Source: an uncultured Desulfarculales bacterium (GTDB taxonomy: Bacteria > Desulfobacterota > Desulfarculia > Desulfarculales > JAHJDS01). Taken from it: a stretch of DNA of 64,000 nt. Of the stretch, positions 1 through 8,871 are shown piece by piece. The translations under genes were made by a program, and so were the position numbers. The notes under the pieces are model-generated. The model made no database searches. It was not told the origin of the DNA and worked only from the letters and a program-made list of their open reading frames with translations. The stretch lies in contig CAZMVB010000008.1 in assembly GCA_964569795.1 (NCBI GenBank), positions 12,303 to 76,302 on the forward strand, read 5' to 3'. Every line of letters begins with the position of its first letter. The first letter of the stretch is position 1.

Positions 1-5
1 CGATC

Positions 6-1052
6 ATGCTGACCGACGCGGGGGTCACCGCCGCCGGCCTGGCCGACAAGGCCCGCAAGGCCCTGGGCGGCTACTGCGCCGCCGTGTTCGACGACATCCC
101 CCAGGACTCGTCCCTGCAGACGGTTGACGCCGCGGCCCTGGTCGCCCGCGAGGCGGGGTGTGATCTGGTGGTCAGCGTCGGCGGCGGCTCGGTCATCGAC
201 ACCGGCAAGGCCCTGGCCGTGACCCTCAAGCTGGGCGGCCGGGCCACGGACCACATCGCCATCATGCGCCTCGACGCCCCGGTCACCCCCCACATCGCCA
301 TTCCGACCACGGCCGGCACGGGCTCCGAGGTGACCAGCGCCGCCGTGATCCATAACCAGACCGTGGACCGCAAGGTCTATATCCTGGACTATTTCCTCTA
401 CCCCCAGGTGGCCATCCTCGACCCCCACTTCATCACCAGCCTGCCGCCCCACCTGACCGCCTCCACGGCCATGGACGCCCTGACCCACGCCATCGAGGCG
501 GTGACCAGCATCCGGGCCAACCCGGTCTGCGACGCCTTCGGCCTCCACGCCGTCCGGCTCATCCGGGAGAATCTGCCCCGGGCCATCGAGAACGGCCAGG
601 ACGTGGCCGTCCGCTCCCAGCTCCAGTCGGCGGCGACCATGGCCGGCTGGGCCTTCACCATCGCCCAGGTCGGTCTGGCCCACGCCATGGCCCACACCGT
701 GGGCGCCCTGTACGGGGTGCCCCACGGCGCGGCCTGCGGCATCGTTTTACCGAAAGTGATGCGCTTCAACGCCGACTTCGCCACCGAGCCGTTGGGAAAA
801 ATCGCCCAGGCCCTGGGGGTGCCCGTCCATGACCAGGATCCGGCCCAGGCCGCCCTGGCCGCGGCCGACGCGGTCGAGACCCTGATGAAGGCCGTCGGGC
901 ACCCGATGACCCTCCAGGAGGTGGGCGTGCCCGAGGAGGCGCTCTACGAGGCGGCGGTCCACGCCGTGGCCGACCCGGCCTGCCTGTTCAACGCCCGGCC
1001 GGTGACCGATCCGGGCCTGGTGATGTCGGTCTTCGAGGAGGCCTACAAATAA
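6..1052 (+). CDS. Iron-containing alcohol dehydrogenase (probably 5'-truncated by the window edge)
   Basis: GGGSVIDTGK, IPTTAGTGSE, DALTHAIE and HAMAH/HG metal-binding motifs; frame is open back to the window start. Confidence 0.9.
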   Translation: MLTDAGVTAAGLADKARKALGGYCAAVFDDIPQDSSLQTVDAAALVAREAGCDLVVSVGGGSVIDTGKALAVTLKLGGRATDHIAIMRLDAPVTPHIAIPTTAGTGSEVTSAAVIHNQTVDRKVYILDYFLYPQVAILDPHFITSLPPHLTASTAMDALTHAIEAVTSIRANPVCDAFGLHAVRLIRENLPRAIENGQDVAVRSQLQSAATMAGWAFTIAQVGLAHAMAHTVGALYGVPHGAACGIVLPKVMRFNADFATEPLGKIAQALGVPVHDQDPAQAALAAADAVETLMKAVGHPMTLQEVGVPEEALYEAAVHAVADPACLFNARPVTDPGLVMSVFEEAYK

Positions 1053-1109
1053 TTACCGGCCCCCCGGGGCCGGACGCCTGACCAGAAGCAAATTAACGGG
1101 GGAGACGCG

Positions 1110-1532
1110 ATGAACTCGAAATACTACAGCGATCCGGCCGTGGCCCTGGACGCCCTGAGCGAGACCTTCCAGCGGGTGGTCCAGGACCCCGATATCAGCG
1201 AGTCGCTCAAGGGACTCAATCAACTGGCCGCCTTTGACTACACCCAGGACGACCCCAGCCTGTTCTTCTGGATGGACGCCCGCGGCGGACAGGTCTCGGT
1301 CGGCACCGGTCAGCCGGCCGAGGCGCCCACGGTGACCATGGTCAGCAGCCTGGACGTGGCCCATCAGTCCTGGTCCAACAAGCTCAACCCGATGATGGCC
1401 ATCGCCACCCGGAAGATCAAGCCCAAGGGCAACGCCACCTCGCTGTTGAAACTGTCGCCCCTGCTCAAGAAGATCGCTCCCATCTACAACCAGGTGCTCG
1501 ACGAGAAGGGCCTGGGGGACATCAAACTCTAG
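1110..1532 (+). CDS. SCP2 sterol/lipid-binding domain protein
   Basis: C-terminal LNPMMAIATRKIKPKGN..LLKL pattern typical of SCP2; GGAG RBS. Confidence 0.75.
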   Translation: MNSKYYSDPAVALDALSETFQRVVQDPDISESLKGLNQLAAFDYTQDDPSLFFWMDARGGQVSVGTGQPAEAPTVTMVSSLDVAHQSWSNKLNPMMAIATRKIKPKGNATSLLKLSPLLKKIAPIYNQVLDEKGLGDIKL

Positions 1533-1534
1533 CC

Positions 1535-2308
1535 ATGAACGAAGCGGTCGAGCCGGTCATCGTCGTCAGGTCCCTGTCGGTCCAGCTCGACCGGAGGCCG
1601 GTGCTGGACGACATCGACCTGGTGGTCGAGCCCCGCCGCTTCGAGATGGTCATCGGACCCAACGGCGCGGGCAAGACCACGCTCCTCAAGGCCATCCTGG
1701 GCCTGGTCCGGCCGGTCAAGGGAGAGGTCCGCGTCTTCGGCTTCGATCCCCGGCGTCTGAGGCACCGGGGACGCCTGGTGGGCTACGTCCCCCAGCGGCC
1801 CCTGTCCGACCCCGGGTTTCCGGCCACGGTCGGCGCCGTGGTCCTCATGGGCCGCTACGGCCAGATCGGGCTCGTCCGCCGGCCCGGGGCCGAGGACAAG
1901 GCCGCCGTCAAGTTGGCCCTGGAACGGGTCGGCCTTCCGGACCTGATCGACCGGCCCATCGGGGCCCTGTCCGGCGGCCAGTCCCAGCGGATCTTCATCG
2001 CCCGGGCCCTGTGCGCCGAGCCCAGGCTGCTCCTCCTGGACGAGCCGTCCATCGGCCTGGACGAGGGGGCCCGCGAGCAGTTCTACGCCCTCCTGCGCCG
2101 GCTCCAGCAGGAGCTGGACCTGACCGTGATCATGGTCACCCACGACCTGTCCGTGGTCAGCCTCCACACCGACCGGGTGGTCTGCATGAACCGGCGCCTG
2201 ATCGCCCATCAGTCCCTGCCCCTGGCGGCCCCGGCCCTGGAGGACTGCTACGGCTGTCAGGTCGAGGCCCTGTTCCACGGCCACGTCCCCCACCGGGTGG
2301 TCGATTGA
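1535..2308 (+). CDS. znuC: Zn/Mn ABC transporter ATP-binding protein
   Basis: GPNGAGKTT Walker A, GYVPQ, LSGGQ signature, LLLDEP, C-terminal Cys/His tail. Confidence 0.85.
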   Translation: MNEAVEPVIVVRSLSVQLDRRPVLDDIDLVVEPRRFEMVIGPNGAGKTTLLKAILGLVRPVKGEVRVFGFDPRRLRHRGRLVGYVPQRPLSDPGFPATVGAVVLMGRYGQIGLVRRPGAEDKAAVKLALERVGLPDLIDRPIGALSGGQSQRIFIARALCAEPRLLLLDEPSIGLDEGAREQFYALLRRLQQELDLTVIMVTHDLSVVSLHTDRVVCMNRRLIAHQSLPLAAPALEDCYGCQVEALFHGHVPHRVVD

Positions 2309-2326
2309 GGCCGAAAGGAGCGATGC

Positions 2327-3133
2327 GTGTTTGACGTCTTCACCCTGGGCTTCATGCAGCGGGCCCTGGTGGCCGGGGTGATCGTCTCCCTGCTTTTGGG
2401 GGGACTGTCGGTCTTCGTGGTCCTCCGGCGGCTGTCGTTCGTCGGGGTCGGCATCTCCCACGCCGCCTTCGGCGGGATCGCCCTCGGCTTCTGGCTGGGG
2501 GTGGACCCGACGTTCACCGGGGTCCTGTTCGCCCTGGCCGTGGGGCTCCTTATCGGCTGGGCCAGCCGGACCGGGCGGATCAAGGCCGACACGGCCATCG
2601 GTATCTTCTTTGCCGCGGCCATGGCCCTGGGGGCCATCTTTCTGGCCCTGTCCCGGCAGTACCACGCCGACGTGATCGGGGTCCTCTTCGGCGACATCTC
2701 GACCATCTGGCCGGGCGACATGTGGCTGATCGCCGGGGTCGGACTGGGGGTCGCCCTGTTTCTGGCCGCTTTTTACAAGGAATTGATCTATATCAGCTTT
2801 GATCCGGAGATGGCCCGGGTAAGCGGCGTGCCGGTGACCGCCCTGGAGTATCTCCTCCTGGCGGCCCTGGCCCTGACCGTGGTCATCGGGGTCAAGGTGG
2901 TGGGCATCGTCCTTTTGGCCGCCCTGCTGGTCGCCCCGGCGGCCTGCGCCCTGCTCTGGTCGCGCACCATCCGGGGGGTGGTGATCGTCAGCCTGTCCGT
3001 GGCCCTGGGGGCCACCCTGGGCGGCCTGGTGCTGAGCGTTTACGTCAACCTGCCCTCCGGGGCGACCATCGTCTGTCTGATCACCCTTGTCTTCCTGGTC
3101 TCCCTGGGCACGGCCCGACTGCGGGGCACCTGA
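2327..3133 (+). CDS. znuB: Zn/Mn ABC transporter permease
   Basis: FMQRAL, GISHAAFGG, LFGDI, FDPEMA motifs; GTG start after AAAGGAG. Confidence 0.85.
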   Translation: MFDVFTLGFMQRALVAGVIVSLLLGGLSVFVVLRRLSFVGVGISHAAFGGIALGFWLGVDPTFTGVLFALAVGLLIGWASRTGRIKADTAIGIFFAAAMALGAIFLALSRQYHADVIGVLFGDISTIWPGDMWLIAGVGLGVALFLAAFYKELIYISFDPEMARVSGVPVTALEYLLLAALALTVVIGVKVVGIVLLAALLVAPAACALLWSRTIRGVVIVSLSVALGATLGGLVLSVYVNLPSGATIVCLITLVFLVSLGTARLRGT

Positions 3134-3153
3134 TCCGGGTGTAAAAAAACGAC

Positions 3154-3183
3154 TTGACAAACCCCACCTGTCTCCTTCATGAT
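3154..3183 (+). promoter_or_regulatory. sigma70-type promoter upstream of the Trp leader peptide
   Basis: TTGACA (3154-3159), 18-nt spacer, CATGAT (3178-3183). Confidence 0.6.
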
Positions 3184-3205
3184 CTTTATTTAGAAGGAGT
3201 AGTTC

Positions 3206-3307
3206 ATGGGTGGACCTGAAACCGGATTCCGCGTTCTGAGCGGCGACACCAATGTTCGCTGGTGGCGCTGGTGGTGGCGTGGTGCGGAGGTCTGCCCGGA
3301 AGTCTAA
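3206..3307 (+). CDS. Trp-rich leader peptide, 33 aa (MGGPETGFRVLSGDTNVRWWRWWWRGAEVCPEV)
   Basis: AAGGAG RBS at 3194-3199; five TGG codons within six positions; followed by antiterminator/terminator; below the ORF-track size cut-off. Confidence 0.85.
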   Translation: MGGPETGFRVLSGDTNVRWWRWWWRGAEVCPEV

Positions 3308-3366
3308 CTGACAGACACAAAGTCGATCGAACCGCGGCAGGCCTCAACGGGCCCCGCGGTTTTTTT
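3287..3366 (+). promoter_or_regulatory. Ribosome-mediated transcription attenuator (antiterminator plus intrinsic terminator)
   Basis: GAGGTCTGCC (3287-3296) pairs with GGCAGGCCTC (3336-3345), which overlaps the terminator stem AACCGCGG..CCGCGGTT (3330-3361) ending in a T7 tract. Confidence 0.8.
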
Positions 3367-3425
3367 CTTGTTGACCGGGGGCTCCCAAGGCCGGCCGTGA
3401 TTTCGGCAAGCGAAAGGAGAAGACA

Positions 3426-3653
3426 ATGACACGGATGACGCACCTGGACCCCGGCAGCCTGCTCATTCACCCCGATATCCTCCAGGCGGCGGCCATGGAC
3501 CGCTGCCAGGAACTGCAGGTAAAGGCCGAAAACGGCCGGATCATCATCGAGCCCCGAACCCCGGCCGAACCGGACGGCGTTGCCTCCCGGGAAGGCCGGG
3601 TGATTCTGTTCGGCCGGATCGACGATTTGCTCCTCAGCGGCGAAGGCGGTTGA
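3426..3653 (+). CDS. Small AbrB/MazE/SpoVT-like protein (75 aa)
   Basis: GSLLIHPDILQAAAM..QELQVKAENGRIIIEP resembles the swapped-hairpin AbrB/MazE pattern; AAAGGAG RBS. Confidence 0.6.
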   Translation: MTRMTHLDPGSLLIHPDILQAAAMDRCQELQVKAENGRIIIEPRTPAEPDGVASREGRVILFGRIDDLLLSGEGG

Positions 3654-3677
3654 AGAGATCGTCGGTCGGCTTCCCCC

Positions 3678-3711
3678 GGGAGCGGCGCCTGACGGCCCGC
3701 TCCCTTTTTTT
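3678..3711 (+). terminator. Intrinsic terminator after the AbrB-like gene
   Basis: GGGAGCGG..CCGCTCCC stem followed by T7. Confidence 0.8.
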
Positions 3712-3747
3712 AGTTCCCTCGGTCGCCGCCACCCGATGCCCTCCGCC

Positions 3748-3776
3748 TTGACCTCCACTTGGCCCCCCAATATATT
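3748..3776 (+). promoter_or_regulatory. sigma70-type promoter for fumC
   Basis: TTGACC-N17-TATATT. Confidence 0.6.
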
Positions 3777-3833
3777 TAAAAAATCCAGGGCTACGATTTT
3801 TGGCTCGTTTGTCCTTCAACAGGGGCGGACCGC

Positions 3834-5213
3834 ATGAACGACCGATCAGAACGTGACTCCCTGGGCGAGGTCCAGGTCCCGGCCGAGGCCTATTACGGGG
3901 CCAACACCCGGCGGGCGATGGACAATTTCCAGATCAGCGGCCTGACCCTGCCCGACTCGCTGATCATCGCCCTGGCGAAAATCAAGCGACAGGCGGCCCG
4001 GGTCAACCTGTCCCTGGGTCGCCTGCAAAAGGCCGCGGCTGAGGCCATTGAAACAGCGGCGACCGAGATCATCGACGGCCGCCACGCGGACCAGTTCCCG
4101 CTGGACGTGTTTCAGACCGGCTCGGGCACCTCGACCAACATGAACCTGAACGAGGTAATCGCCGGCCGGGCCAACGAACTGTTGACCGGACGGCGCGGCG
4201 GCAAGGAGCCGGTCCATCCCAACGACCACGTCAACCTGGGCCAGTCCACCAACGACGTCTTTCCCTCGGCCATTCACCTGGCCGCCCTGACCCAGCTCCG
4301 GGCGGACTTGCTTCCCGCCCTGGTCTCCCTGCAGGCCAGCCTCGAGAACAAGGCCGCCGAATTTGGCGGGATAGTCAAAACTGGGCGGACCCACCTCCAG
4401 GACGCCCTGCCCGTCACACTGGGCCGGGAGTTCGGGGGTTACGCCCGGCAGGTGGAAAAGGGACGGCTCCGCCTGGAGGCCGTCCAGACCGACCTGGCCG
4501 AACTCCCCCTGGGCGGCACGGCCGTGGGTACCGGCGCCGGCGCGCCGCCCGGGTTCGCCCCCCGGGTCATCGCCGCCCTGGCCGAGGAGACCGGGCTGCC
4601 CCTGGTCGAGGCCCGCGATCACTTCGAGGCCAACTCGGCCCGGGACGCGGCGGTCATGGCCGGCGGGGCCCTCAAAAGCGTGGCCGTCAGCCTGGCCAAA
4701 ATCGCCGGCGACCTGCGGTGGCTGGCCTCGGGGCCGCGGTTCGGCCTGGGCGAGATCACCCTGCCCGAGCTCCAGCCCGGCTCGTCGATCATGCCCGGCA
4801 AGATCAACCCGGTGGTCCCTGAAGTGGTCGTCCAGGTCGCGGCCCAGGTCATCGGTCTTGACGCGGCCCTGACCCTGGGCGGCCTGGGCGGCCGGTTCGA
4901 GCTGAACACGATGATGCCCCTGATCGCCCACGACCTGCTGACCTCGATCTCCTGGCTGGCCCGGGCCGTCCGGCTTTTGGACGAAAAATGCGTCCAGGGC
5001 ATAGAGGTCCGCCCGGAACTGGCCGCCTCGGGAATCGAGCGCAACCTGATGCTGGCTACCTTTCTGGTCCCGGCCATCGGCTATGACCGGGCGGCCGAGG
5101 TGGCCCGGGAGGCCGCCCGCTCGGGCCGGACCATCGCCCAGGCGGCGGTGGACCTGGGCCTCATGGACGCCGATCAGGTCAGGGAACTCCTCGACCGGGC
5201 CGTCCCCAAGTAA
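3834..5213 (+). CDS. fumC: Class II fumarate hydratase (fumarase/aspartase superfamily)
   Basis: QTGSGTSTNMN, HPNDHVN, GRTHLQDA, GSSIMPGKINP signatures. Confidence 0.85.
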   Translation: MNDRSERDSLGEVQVPAEAYYGANTRRAMDNFQISGLTLPDSLIIALAKIKRQAARVNLSLGRLQKAAAEAIETAATEIIDGRHADQFPLDVFQTGSGTSTNMNLNEVIAGRANELLTGRRGGKEPVHPNDHVNLGQSTNDVFPSAIHLAALTQLRADLLPALVSLQASLENKAAEFGGIVKTGRTHLQDALPVTLGREFGGYARQVEKGRLRLEAVQTDLAELPLGGTAVGTGAGAPPGFAPRVIAALAEETGLPLVEARDHFEANSARDAAVMAGGALKSVAVSLAKIAGDLRWLASGPRFGLGEITLPELQPGSSIMPGKINPVVPEVVVQVAAQVIGLDAALTLGGLGGRFELNTMMPLIAHDLLTSISWLARAVRLLDEKCVQGIEVRPELAASGIERNLMLATFLVPAIGYDRAAEVAREAARSGRTIAQAAVDLGLMDADQVRELLDRAVPK

Positions 5214-5418
5214 TCCATCCGGATCGATCACCGCCCTCGGCCGGCCTTCCAACGGAAAACGGTTAACAAACCGGCCAAAAACTGGTAAGGATAGCCCGAT
5301 CTCCACTTCGCCCTGGTCCGGATGATTGATCCGGGCCAGGAATCGATTCACGTCTCGGTTTGTTCATTGGTTCCCGCCGGCCCCCAGGGGCCTGACCGGC
5401 GGCGCGAGGGAGGGTGCT

Positions 5419-6540
5419 ATGCGCAAGATCGTGGTGGCCGGAATTTCCTTGGCTCTGATCTGCGGGACGGCGGGCGTCACCAACGCCGCCCAGAAGCCGA
5501 TCCTGATCGGCGTTTACTTCCCCATGACCGGGCCCTCGGCCCCCTACGGCCAGATGGGCTGGCAGGGGCTTAAGCTCGCCCGCCAGTTCCGGCCCACCGT
5601 CCTGGGCCGGCCGGTCAAGCTGATCCTGGTGGACAACAAGTCAGACAAGGTCGAATCGGCCAACGCGGTCAACCGCCTGATCAAGTACAATCACGTCCGG
5701 GCGATCATCGGCGGCCTGACCAGCTCCAACTCGCTGGCCGGGGCCCCGGTCTGCGAAAAGGCCGAGGTGCCCATGATCAGTCCCTGGGCGACCAACCCCC
5801 TGGTCACCCAGGGCCGCAAGTACGTCTTCCGGGTCTGCTTCATCGACCCCTTCCAGGGACGCGTCGCCGCCGCGTTCGCCCGCAAGAACCTCAAGGCCAA
5901 GACCGCGGCCGTGCTCATCGACAAGTCCCAGGACTACTGCGTGGGCATCGCCGCCTTTTTCATGCGCGCTTTTAGACGGATGGGCGGCCGGATCGTCCTC
6001 AAGACCTACTACCAGACCGGCGACCAGGACTTCACCGCCCAGCTCAGCGCGGCCAAGGCGGCCAAGCCGGACCTGCTCTACGTGCCCGGCTACTTTGCCG
6101 AGGACGCCCTCATCGCCCGCCAGGCCCGGGAGCAGGGCCTGACGGCCCATCTGATGAGCGGCGACGCGGCCCAGGCCCCCGAGCTGATCAAGATCGGCAA
6201 GAAGGCCGTCGAGGGCCTGTTCTTCACCACCCACTTCGACGCCCAGGGCGTGGTCACCGCCCAGGGCCGGCGGTTCGTCAAGCTCTACCTGGCCGCCTAC
6301 AAGCAGACCCCGGATTCGGTGGCCGCCCTGTCCTGGGACACCTATAACGTCCTGCTGGACGCCATCCAGAAGGCCAAATCCACCGCCCCCAAGGCCATCG
6401 TCGCCCAGCTCGACCGGGTCAAGAATTACCCGGCCGTGACCGGCGTGTTGTCCATCGTCAATCACAACGCCGTCAAGCCGGCCGTCATCCTCAAGGTCAA
6501 GGGCGGCAAGTTCGTCTATGTGGCGACGGTCAAGCCCTAA
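5419..6540 (+). CDS. Liv-type ABC transporter substrate-binding protein
   Basis: Signal peptide, IGVYFPMTG, DNKSD, FRVCFIDPFQG, DFTAQL; start moved to the ATG after GGGAGGG. Confidence 0.9.
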   Translation: MRKIVVAGISLALICGTAGVTNAAQKPILIGVYFPMTGPSAPYGQMGWQGLKLARQFRPTVLGRPVKLILVDNKSDKVESANAVNRLIKYNHVRAIIGGLTSSNSLAGAPVCEKAEVPMISPWATNPLVTQGRKYVFRVCFIDPFQGRVAAAFARKNLKAKTAAVLIDKSQDYCVGIAAFFMRAFRRMGGRIVLKTYYQTGDQDFTAQLSAAKAAKPDLLYVPGYFAEDALIARQAREQGLTAHLMSGDAAQAPELIKIGKKAVEGLFFTTHFDAQGVVTAQGRRFVKLYLAAYKQTPDSVAALSWDTYNVLLDAIQKAKSTAPKAIVAQLDRVKNYPAVTGVLSIVNHNAVKPAVILKVKGGKFVYVATVKP

Positions 6541-6658
6541 TCCGGTCCATTAAACCCCCGCGGCCGGGTCAATCCCGACCCGGCCCTGGCCCCGGGGTAC
6601 AATGGTTTAAAAAATACGGGCCTCACGCCCGGTCCACCACTGACCACCTGACCGCGCC

Positions 6659-7552
6659 ATGACCCTGACCCTTTTCATCCAGCAGATCATCAACGGCCTG
6701 GCCCTGGGTACCCTCTACGGCCTGATCGCCATCGGCTACACCATGGTCTATGGCATCCTGCGGCTGATCAACTTCGCCCACGGCGACGTGCTCATGGTCG
6801 GCTGCTACTTCGCCTTTTTCGGGGCGGCCGTGTTCTCGCTGCCCTGGTGGGCCTCGGCGGCGATCGCCATGGCCCTGACCGCCCTGCTGGGGGTGGTCAT
6901 CGACCGGGGTGCCTACCGGCCGGTCCGCAACGCCCCCCGCATCTCGGCCCTGATCACGGCCATCGGCGTCTCCTTCCTGCTGGAAAACCTGGGCCTGGTC
7001 GTCTTCGGCGGCCGGCCCAAGCCCTTCACCGATTACATCCCCGACTTCATGAGCCACATCTACACTGTCGGCGGGGTGCGCATCCTGGGCCACTCGATCT
7101 ACACCCCGATCATCACCCTGCTCCTGGTGGCCGGCCTGCTGGTCATCGTCTATCGGACCCGGATGGGCCAGGCCATGCGGGCCATCAGCCGCGACATGGA
7201 GACGGTCCAGTTGATGGGGATCAACGTCAACCGGGTCATCGCCATCACCTTTGCCCTGGGCTCGGCCCTGGCCGCGGCCGGCGGGATCCTGTGGGCCATG
7301 AAGTATCCCCAGATCAACCCCCTGATGGGCATCTTCCCCGGGCTCAAGGCCTTTGTGGCCGCCGTGCTGGGCGGCATCGGCAACATCGTCGGGGCGATGA
7401 TCGGCGGGGTGATCCTGGGGCTGACCGAGATCATGGTCGTCGCCCTGCTGCCCTCCCTGTCGGGCTACAAGGACGCCATCGCCTTTGTCATCCTGATCCT
7501 CATCCTCCTGTTCAGGCCGACCGGGATCATGGGGGAGAAGCTGCCTGAATGA
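6659..7552 (+). CDS. livH: Branched-chain amino acid ABC permease
   Basis: QQIINGLALG, GYTMVYGILRLINFAHG, GLKAFVAAVLGGIG. Confidence 0.9.
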   Translation: MTLTLFIQQIINGLALGTLYGLIAIGYTMVYGILRLINFAHGDVLMVGCYFAFFGAAVFSLPWWASAAIAMALTALLGVVIDRGAYRPVRNAPRISALITAIGVSFLLENLGLVVFGGRPKPFTDYIPDFMSHIYTVGGVRILGHSIYTPIITLLLVAGLLVIVYRTRMGQAMRAISRDMETVQLMGINVNRVIAITFALGSALAAAGGILWAMKYPQINPLMGIFPGLKAFVAAVLGGIGNIVGAMIGGVILGLTEIMVVALLPSLSGYKDAIAFVILILILLFRPTGIMGEKLPE

Positions 7553-8871
7553 GACGCGACCTGCCGTTCGTGGACGCCAACCCCCGGAACACCCTGCTGT
7601 CGGCCCTGGCCCTGGGGGTGATGGCCACGATCCTGCTGGCCTTCCAGGAATGGTCCTCGGGCTATACCATCCATCTTCTGACCAAGGCCGGGATCTACGT
7701 CACCATCGCCGTTTCCTACAACCTGATCAACGGGGTGACCGGTCAGTTCTCCCTGGAGCCCAACGCCTTTGTGGCCATCGGGGCCTATACCACGGCCCTG
7801 CTGACCCTGAGCCCGGCCGAGAAGGCCCAGTCGTTCATCATCGAGCCGATCATCTGGCCCCTGTCGGTCATCCACATCCCGCTCCTGCCGGCCCTGCTCA
7901 TCGCCGGGCTGGTCACGGCCTTCATGGCCTTTTTGATGGGGTTTCCCGTGTTCCGGGTCCGGGGGGACTACCTGGCCATCGTCACCCTGGGCTTCGGCGA
8001 GGTGGTCCGGGTGGTGGCCAACAACCTGCAAACTGTGACCAACGGACCGCTGGGGCTGAAGGGCATCCCCAAGTGGACCACCCTGTGGTCGGCCTGGGGC
8101 CTGGCCGCGGTGGCGGTGTTCGTCATCTACCGCCTGGTGCGATCGTCCTTCGGCCGGGCCCTCAAGGCCATCCGCCTGGACGAGACCGCGGCCGAGGCCA
8201 TGGGCATCAACGCCTTCTGGCACAAGATGCTGGCCTTCACCCTGTCCGCCTTTTTCGAGGGGATGGCCGGCGGACTGCTGGCCCACCTCCTGACGACCAT
8301 CGACCCGAAAATGTTCACCTTCTTCCTGACCTTCGAGCTGCTGATCATCATCGTCGTCGGGGGCCTGGGCTCGACCACCGGCTCGGTCATCGCCGCGGTG
8401 GGTCTGACCTTTATCAGCGAGTGGCTGCGGGTCGTCGAGGAGCCGATGACGGTCGGCTGGCTTTCGGGCGTGGCCGTGGTCATCGGCCTGGGACTGGCCG
8501 GGGCGGGGTTGGTGGTGGTCCTGCTGGCCCGCCGCCGGGGCTCCTTGCGGGCCTGGTACCACCGGCGGCGGACCTGGGTCCTCGGGACCGGCGCGGGCGG
8601 CCTGGCCCTGGCGCTCGGGGCCCTGGCCGCGGACCTGATCCTGTCCCACTGGGGACTGGTCCGGCGCGAGCTGCCCGGACAGCCCGGCATGCGGATGGTC
8701 ATCTTCTCGGCCACCCTGATCCTGTTCATGATCTTCCTCCGCCAGGGCCTGTTGGGACAGAGGGACTTCTCCTGGGCGTGGCTGATCGGCCTGCCGGCCC
8801 GACTGAGAAAATGGGGCCGGCCTCCCGAAAGACTCCCGGAAAACGCGACCCCGGGCGAGGATCAATCGTGA
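7549..8871 (+). CDS. livM: Branched-chain amino acid ABC permease with internal insertion
   Basis: NLINGVTGQFSL, RVRGDYLAIVTLGFGE, SSFGRALKAIR; 4-nt overlap with livH. Confidence 0.9.
   Translation: MRRDLPFVDANPRNTLLSALALGVMATILLAFQEWSSGYTIHLLTKAGIYVTIAVSYNLINGVTGQFSLEPNAFVAIGAYTTALLTLSPAEKAQSFIIEPIIWPLSVIHIPLLPALLIAGLVTAFMAFLMGFPVFRVRGDYLAIVTLGFGEVVRVVANNLQTVTNGPLGLKGIPKWTTLWSAWGLAAVAVFVIYRLVRSSFGRALKAIRLDETAAEAMGINAFWHKMLAFTLSAFFEGMAGGLLAHLLTTIDPKMFTFFLTFELLIIIVVGGLGSTTGSVIAAVGLTFISEWLRVVEEPMTVGWLSGVAVVIGLGLAGAGLVVVLLARRRGSLRAWYHRRRTWVLGTGAGGLALALGALAADLILSHWGLVRRELPGQPGMRMVIFSATLILFMIFLRQGLLGQRDFSWAWLIGLPARLRKWGRPPERLPENATPGEDQS

Noticed and set aside
1535-3133. znuCB without znuA as an anomaly
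   Set aside because: The binding-protein gene is often encoded separately or could lie upstream of the window.
5312-5401. Riboswitch upstream of the Liv operon
   Set aside because: Only two isolated hairpins (5312-5340 and about 5376-5401); no glycine, T-box or other aptamer motif recognised and no U-tract.
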